Below, piece after piece: positions 1 to 6,217 of a stretch of 9,361 nucleotides of DNA. The notes beneath the pieces were generated by a model. That model saw nothing but the letters and a program-made list of their open reading frames with translations, was not told where the DNA came from and made no database searches. The stretch comes from Amoeboradix gromovi X-113 (lineage: Eukaryota; Fungi; Sanchytriomycota). Each line of letters begins with the position of its first letter. Positions within the stretch are counted from its first letter, which is position 1. Position numbers and translations under genes: made by a program. Location of the stretch: the NCBI GenBank assembly GCA_018985225.1, contig JADGIF010000397.1, forward strand, positions 1 through 9,361, read 5' to 3'.

Positions 1-2
1 GA

Positions 3-182
3 AAAGAGTACCGTCTAAGAAAATGCACCTTTTGCTTAGATGCTCAAAGACCTCATGTATTTGAACGAGATGCAGGGTCTTCTACTATTATTTTGAAGAG
101 GGGATTGAAAGTAATAAACGAAAATTGGTATAACAGAAGATCTTTTATTAATGATTTCCTCCGTATGGAGCACCTCCTTTAG
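3..182 (+). CDS. 3' end of a TnpB/Fanzor-like RuvC nuclease gene (5'-truncated by the window edge)
   Basis: Frame 3 is open from base 3 to TAG 180-182: KEYRLRKCTFCLDAQRPHVFERDAGSSTIILKRGLKVINENWYNRRSFINDFLRMEHLL*. CxxC (24-35) followed by ERD (63-71) and IILKRGL matches the TnpB/Fanzor terminal pattern C-x2-C...RD-x-NAA-x-NI-x3-G (second Zn knuckle + RuvC-III Asp). NAAxN is diverged to GSSTI. Confidence 0.62.
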   Translation, partial: KEYRLRKCTFCLDAQRPHVFERDAGSSTIILKRGLKVINENWYNRRSFINDFLRMEHLL

Positions 183-244
183 AAACGAGTTAGTCTAGTT
201 TTTATATTTGGTGTCCCAGTCTCCGATGCGTGTCTCAGGCCATC

Positions 245-3200
245 ATGAATCAAATAAATCAATCTGATGAAGCTTTTTCTTCTCAAGAATCCGCAGCTAG
301 CTGGTACTCAAAATGGACATTCAGTTACTTCATGCCCATTTTAAAACTAGGATATAATAAACCCTTGGAGATGAATGATATTTGGGATTTGTTAGAGCAA
401 GATAAAGCAGAATACAATCACAAAAAGTTTTTAAAGCTTAAATCGGACGACCACCTAGTTTATAAACTCTTAATTTTAATTAAACCGCTGCTCTACCAAC
501 AACTGTTGGTTGGTATCATAAGTTGCTTTTTAACCTTAATAGGGCCTTTATCACTTCAATACTTGCTATCCAATCTGGATGGTCCTATTTATAAGTTATT
601 TATATGTTTAAGTATCATGACTGCTGCTTCTTCTCTAAACGCACTAGTTCATGGTAGAGCTTATTTTCTAGGTCGAAGAATTGGAACTCGGATTCGATCT
701 ATTTTAATTAGTGAAATATATAGCTCAGCATTGTCCAAAAAGACAGAAGCTACTACATATCAAGATGAAGCTACACATGGTGAAATAGTTAACTTAATGG
801 CAGTTGATACTCAAAAGGTTTTAGAATACACCTGCTATATGCATTATTTAGTTACCACGCCATTACAGATAGTGGTGTGTACATTAGCACTGTATAGTGT
901 TCTTGGTCTATCTGCTTTTATAAGCATTGTTGTCATGCTTGTTACTCTACCTATCCAAAACAAACTTGCCAAAAAAATTCAAGCTATTCAGAAGCTTTTA
1001 TTAAAGAAAACTGATATAAGAATAAACAGAGTCAATGAAATGCTACAGTCTATTCGCATCATAAAGTACTTTGCATGGGAATCTAAATTCAAAAATCAAA
1101 TAAATTTAAGTAGAAATGAAGAACTGTTTTATTTAAAGAAATTCAGATTTATTATGGCGTTAATGGACGTCGTTTATATGTCTATACCCATATTGATTCC
1201 ATTAATTACGTTTTCTTTATATGCTAGCGTTGAATACAACGTTTTAACTCCGAGCAAAGTTTTTACTTCTCTCTCATTATTGCAGATATTAAGGCATCCA
1301 TTGCGTGATTTACCAGACCAAATCATTAAATACTATGAGACCAAGGTGTCTATTGAGCGCATTTCTAGATTTATCACTTCCAACAGTTTTGTAAACAAAA
1401 AAGCAGCTGTTTCAAATAAAATATCATTCAAAAACGCGTCATTTGGCTACGCATCATGGAGAATAAAACCGTTTACATTGAATATACCAAACAACAAATT
1501 AACCGTTGTGATTGGCAGCACATCAAGTGGAAAATCTAGTTTATTGCAGGCAATTTTACAAGAAATTCCATTACTATCTGGCACAATGACAGTGCCTAAT
1601 GTTCCGATATCGTATGTATCACAGCAACCATGGCTAGTTCATGCAACGATACGACAGAATATACTATTTGGTAGTGTGTTCGATGAGGCTAAATATCATT
1701 CGGTACTTCACGACGCCTGTTTGTTAAAAGACCTCAAGATGTTACAAGGCAGTGACTTCACAGAGATAGGGCAAGGGGGTATTAACTTGTCAGGCGGTCA
1801 AAGACAGAGAATAGCATTAGCCAGAGCTATTTATCAAAATAATGAAATTTATGTTTTCGATGATGCTCTAAGCGCTGTCGATGCCTCTACTCAAAATCAT
1901 GTATTACAGCACTGTTTATTAGATCAACTAAAAAATAAAACAAGAGTAATAGCAACCCATGCCACCAAGCTACTGATTCCACATGCAGATTATATAATAA
2001 TTATGGATGATGGCAATGTTACCCATTCCGGGGATTACGAGTCATTGCGTCCTGTATTAGCAGAACTAGGCTACATAAGCGCTGCTACAGCAACTAGGAA
2101 TCTCGAGCCTAACGTTGAAGCACTTCAAGTCAAGAAATTAACTTTAGAGCAATTATCCAAAAACAGATTATCCAATTCTCTGGGAAGCAAACTGATTGAA
2201 GAGGAAGAGATCTCAAATGGAAGTGTGAAGTTTAGGGTATACTTGTTTTACATTTCATGCTCTGGTGGCCTGGTTATTTGGCTTTTATTGTGCTGCGGTG
2301 AGTTCATTAACCACGGGTTACGGGTATCACAAGACTACTGGTTGAATATATGGAGCACCGAATCATTAAAGCCCACAGCAAACAACACATCTCATTTTTT
2401 GTTGCTTTATATCGTTTTAGGCATGCTTGGAATTTTATTCAATTTTATTTTTCTGGTGTTTGAATTTAAAACGGCATTAAAAGGATCATTCAACATCCAT
2501 TCTCTCCTTTTAAATGGAGTACTAAATACTCCAATTAGATTCTTTGACGTTACACCAGTAGGTAGGGTAATAAACAGATTTAGCAAAGATATTCAGACTG
2601 TAGACAGAAACGTCAGTAACTCTTTGTTGAGTGTACTGTATTGCACATTAGGCACTTTCGTTGTAGTAATTATGGTAATTAGTATAGCTCCTGTGTTCAT
2701 AATTGGAATGATACCTGTTTGTTGCGGTTATGTATATATCAGCAAATACTACCTGAAAACATCAAGAGAGTTAAAGAGATTGGAGAGTGTAAATAAAAGT
2801 CCAATTTACTCATTGTTTTCACAAACGCTGTTAGGTACGGAAACAATCAGAGCATTTCACAAGGAGCACGACCAACTAAGCGAGAATTATAGCAGAATAA
2901 ACTACTATCAGCGCGCATTCTTTTACTTGTGGGTAAGCAACAGATGGTTAGGAGTACGCACAGAGTGGCTGGGTTCTTTTACCACATTTCTAAGTGGTTG
3001 CGCCATATTATTCAGTATTAACTGGATTAGTGCTGGTTTGGCTGGATTGTGCATGAGCTATTCCTTTACTTTCACAGATCAAGTGTTGTGGATGGTTAGG
3101 TACAACGCAGAGTTAGAAATGAATTTAAATTCTGTAGAAAGAATCCAAGAGTATGCGAATCTGGAGCAAGAAAATTGGAAAATTGATTCTAAAGAATTGC

Positions 3201-3965
3201 CAGCGGGGTGGCCAACAAGCGGACATGTAGTGGTAAAAGATTTGACTTTGAGGTATGCTGATGACAATGCCCCGGTGTTAAACAATATCAGCTTTGAAAT
3301 CCAAGCAGGAAACAAAGTAGCAGTTGTTGGTAGAACTGGAGCAGGTAAAAGAAGTTAATATAGGGAAAAGTACTTTAATTACAGCATTTTTCAGATTCAT
3401 TGATGACTTTGACGGTGATATCATGATAGATTCATTAAACATCAAAGAAATAGCATTGCAGGAACTGCGAGGTGCAATAACTATGATTCCGCAGGATCCT
3501 GCATTATTCATGGGCTCTATAAGACAAAATTTGGATTTATTTGAAGAATATGACGACTGGAGGCTGAATGATGTGCTTAAAAGGGTGAATTTAAATTGCA
3601 ATTTGGATGACAGTGTCAAGGAGAACGGCTACAATTTAAGTGTTGGAATGAAGCAACAATTAAACTTGGCCCGTGCTATACTAAAACAGAGCAAGTTACT
3701 GATAATGGATGAAGCAACCGCGAATATAGACACTAAAACAGATGAGCACATTCAGAAAATGATAAGAACTGAGTTCAAGGACTCCACAATTATATGCATA
3801 GCTCATAGATTGCGCACAATAATTGATTTTGACAAGGTGCTGGTAATGGATGCCGGAAAAGTTATCGAATATGATTCCCCTAGGCAGTTGTTACAAAATA
3901 AGGGTTTGTTCTATAATATGTGCATGGAAAGCAACGAGTATTCATATTTATCGAGCAGATTGTAG
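245..3965 (+). CDS. ABCC/MRP-family full ABC transporter (fungal Ybt1/Ycf1-like, short form without TMD0); join(245..3344,3364..3965), about 1233 aa
   Basis: First in-frame ATG is at 245, followed by L0-like SQESAASWYSKWTFSY and TMD1. NBD1 has Walker A GSTSSGKSS, signature LSGGQ and Walker B IYVFDDALSAVD. TMD2 has FFDVTPVGRVINRFSKD and RELKRLESVNKSPIYS. NBD2 has Walker A GRTGAGKST (after splicing), IPQDP, LSVGM, IMDEATANID and IAHRL. Stop is TAG 3963-3965. Confidence 0.93.
3345..3363 (+). other. 19-nt spliceosomal GT-AG intron (phase 1) in the NBD2 Walker A glycine codon
   Basis: GCAG|gtaaaagaagttaatatag|GGAAAAGT. Removal gives GCA GGG AAA AGT ACT TTA (A-G-K-S-T-L) and joins the 1042-aa and 213-aa ORFs in frame. 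It has a branch-like TTAAT just before the AG. Retention hits TAA at 3356-3358. Confidence 0.85.
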
Positions 3966-3970
3966 TCGTA

Positions 3971-3976
3971 AATAAA
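3971..3976 (+). promoter_or_regulatory. Possible AATAAA polyadenylation signal of the ABCC gene
   Basis: AATAAA lies 5 nt after the stop, in the 38-nt gap between convergent genes. The hexamer is common in AT-rich DNA. Confidence 0.3.
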
Positions 3977-4003
3977 CTTGCAGTAAGACAGGATTCTGGT
4001 CTT

Positions 4004-5590
4004 TCACATGTAGCTATAGTCATCACTGTGTCCTCTATGGTTTTCTTCGTCAAGCTTTGGATCATCTACCTCCAAACTTTGAGAGGATAAAACACTTTTA
4101 CCATCTGGCTGATCTTTTGTTATTTCAGTTTCTTTATCTTGCAGATCTAATGACTCATTATCTGATTCATATTCATTAGAATATTGCGGTGAATATTCGT
4201 GTATAATGGGAGTTTCCTTGAACCTTATAGTTGCTGGTCTTTTTTCGTCAAGCTCAATGGGTGACTCTGCAATTTCCTGGGCTTTAGTAAAAACATTTTC
4301 TTTGTTTTTGCATCTCTCAAGTGTATCAAGCAATATAAAATGCGGTCGATCTAGTGATTCTGTGTCGTTTGATTCCGGGTATTCTTCTGAATTAACAGCC
4401 GATCCCTGTGATTCTCTTGCGGCTTTTGGTTCCAAAACATCGTTGTCTGATTCGTAATCTGTTACTTTCAATTCAGGAACAATGACTGAGTCATCTTTAA
4501 ACTCCAAATTTACAGGTAACATTGATTGCGGCGAGTTCAGTTGTTCTTGAAGTTCTGGCGCACCTGCACTTTTCTTGTAATGTTTAACCAACTCAGAGGA
4601 TATTGATGTACTTGTCTTGTGTTTATTTTCCGGTTTAATTCGAAATTTGAGCACTAAAACTGTGCTAAAAGTTATGAACATTAGTACGCCTAGCAGTATT
4701 GAATAAGCGGTGATTGAAAATGATGCTAGTATCTGTATAACAAAGATGCATAACACTGCTGTTATCATAAAAAGATCAACATACAATGAAATTGATATTT
4801 TCTGTTGTCTGGGTGGGTTCTTCAAGGAGTATTTGCACAATAATGCATTAAAGGAGTTATACGTACATAGAACCATAGCAGTCCTAGAAACGAGGAACGG
4901 CAAAAGAAATATGCCTGCAATCAAGCCATGGGACGATGTAGAAGTGTTCCTAGTGCTATACATGATGACAGCTACTGATGTTATAACCGATGTCCATAAT
5001 ACAGTTTCTATGTAGTAGATCGTATAAAAGTATGAGTGGTTGGAATACCATCTACGCATAATCATTGAAATTGGCAAGAACAAAAAAAATGCAAACACAG
5101 TTAAATACCCATGGGACTTGGTGTACCCGGTATCATCAATAAAATAGCCATCCAGAGAAATAGATTTCAGTCTTTTGTATCCATTAAAATAGACGTTATC
5201 TGGGGAGTTGGACCATATTATGATAGAATCCCCATTGATGCTTAAATCAGTAAGAAACCTGGTTTTTAACATTTTTGTAAACACCACTATGCCACGATCA
5301 TTAACGATTGTATTTTTATACATTTCAAATCTGTACTCTGATGAATTTAGAAATTGTTTTTCCGAGTCTAATATCGTTATGGATGAATTGAAATTTTTGG
5401 GCGAGAGCCGGAGTATATTACTGTACACTGTGCCTGAAAGTGTACTAAATATCACTGTGCCTAACGCAATACTATAGTCAATGGATATTGTAACATTGGT
5501 ATCTGATACCGCTCTTATATCGATGCATAATCTTTTGTCTGGTGTGCAATAGTGTATCGCTAATATTATTGTTTGAGCTAGTATTAACAT
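4004..5590 (-). CDS. Secretory-pathway membrane protein: signal peptide, divergent DOMON-like domain, degenerate cytochrome b561-like TM domain, acidic disordered C-tail (528 aa)
   Basis: ATG at 5590 starts a hydrophobic leader MLILAQTIILA, then C-x6-C and a beta-rich region ending ...IIIWS. KSHGYLTVFAFFLFLPISMIMRRW matches the b561 TM1 pattern HG-x9-P-x5-R. SSHGLIAG matches TM3. About 5 TM segments are followed by roughly 210 aa rich in E/D/S. The coding status is clear; the family call is less certain. Confidence 0.7.
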   Translation of the reverse strand: MLILAQTIILAIHYCTPDKRLCIDIRAVSDTNVTISIDYSIALGTVIFSTLSGTVYSNILRLSPKNFNSSITILDSEKQFLNSSEYRFEMYKNTIVNDRGIVVFTKMLKTRFLTDLSINGDSIIIWSNSPDNVYFNGYKRLKSISLDGYFIDDTGYTKSHGYLTVFAFFLFLPISMIMRRWYSNHSYFYTIYYIETVLWTSVITSVAVIMYSTRNTSTSSHGLIAGIFLLPFLVSRTAMVLCTYNSFNALLCKYSLKNPPRQQKISISLYVDLFMITAVLCIFVIQILASFSITAYSILLGVLMFITFSTVLVLKFRIKPENKHKTSTSISSELVKHYKKSAGAPELQEQLNSPQSMLPVNLEFKDDSVIVPELKVTDYESDNDVLEPKAARESQGSAVNSEEYPESNDTESLDRPHFILLDTLERCKNKENVFTKAQEIAESPIELDEKRPATIRFKETPIIHEYSPQYSNEYESDNESLDLQDKETEITKDQPDGKSVLSSQSLEVDDPKLDEENHRGHSDDYSYM

Positions 5591-5630
5591 TTTACTCAAA
5601 TTAGTGCAGTTTCTTCTTTTTGAATTTTTC

Positions 5631-5690
5631 TGATTGGTAACTTTGATTCCTATTTTACCTACGCATTAATTTAACTGTCCAATCAATTGG
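5631..5690. promoter_or_regulatory. Cluster of CCAAT boxes upstream of the 4004..5590 gene
   Basis: TGATTGG at 5631-5637, CCAATCA at 5679-5685 and ATTGG at 5686-5690 lie 40-100 nt upstream of ATG 5590. Confidence 0.3.
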
Positions 5691-5784
5691 TAAATTGCCA
5701 TTTTAGTGCATCACCGTGATTAGATAAGGAGTAAATGATTTTAAAATAATATAACATGGTAAAGCATACAGTTTAATCATTTTC

Positions 5785-5880
5785 ATTTACTCATTCTTTC
5801 ACTTGGGTGCCCGAGTAAACATTACACAATTTAATTGTTGCAGTGGTGCCTCATTTGTCATCTGCAAACTAAGTGAAATA
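5785..5880 (-). ncRNA. Candidate omegaRNA scaffold downstream of the Fanzor-like relic
   Basis: Starts about 18 nt after the relic's stop. Complementary pairs: 5871-5878/5797-5804 (8 bp), 5862-5867/5838-5843 (6 bp), 5834-5838/5826-5830 (5 bp), and a crossing pair 5813-5819/5786-5792 (7 bp, pseudoknot topology). Confidence 0.3.
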
Positions 5881-5896
5881 CTTTAATATCATTTGT

Positions 5897-6118
5897 TCAT
5901 TTCCAAACTGGTCTTTTACCATTTGATAACAGAAATTCAATAATCGGATGATTATTGTAACACGTAGTTGCATCTCTATCCACAGGTACACCACAGCTGG
6001 TTTAGTATCGAGTTTGGAAAACTCTTGAGAATACCCCTCCACTTGCCGTCATTCACGCTATAGAATCACTAATGCGTATCTTCCAAGCTAAATATTGGCT
6101 GGTTCCTTGGAGTCCTGC
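5897..6118 (-). pseudogene. Degraded 3' fragment of a TnpB/Fanzor-like gene
   Basis: One minus frame reads AGLQGTSQYLAWKIRISDSIA*MTASGGVFSRVFQTRY*TSCGVPVDRDATTCYNNHPIIEFLLSNGKRPVWK*. It shows [C>stop]TSCG, DRD (5980-5972), N six residues after the Asp, and the Fanzor1-type terminal G-x-RP. A TSQ lies at 6103-6095. Internal stops are at 6055-6053 and 6004-6002. Confidence 0.65.
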
Positions 6119-6217
6119 CTACATGATAAAGATTTGAACAATTTATTACTTTTATCCTAAAAGAGTAGTGATGTACTATTGGCTCCTAATGAGTAATTTA
6201 TTAGTACAAGTAGGTAA

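Noticed and set aside
3079-3619. Minus-strand ORFs of 78 and 113 aa
   Set aside because: Antisense shadows of the ABCC gene with no recognisable motifs.
3324-3965. Stand-alone 213-aa ABC ATPase, or a frameshifted ABC pseudogene
   Set aside because: A GT-AG intron at 3345-3363 joins it exactly to the upstream ORF as NBD2.
3880-5477. Small ORFs at 3880-4065, 4206-4457, 4710-5015 and 5208-5477
   Set aside because: They overlap or are antisense to well-supported genes and have no independent motifs.
5710-5720. ATCAC-C-GTGAT palindrome resembling a bHLH site
   Set aside because: A single short instance that is not a canonical E-box.
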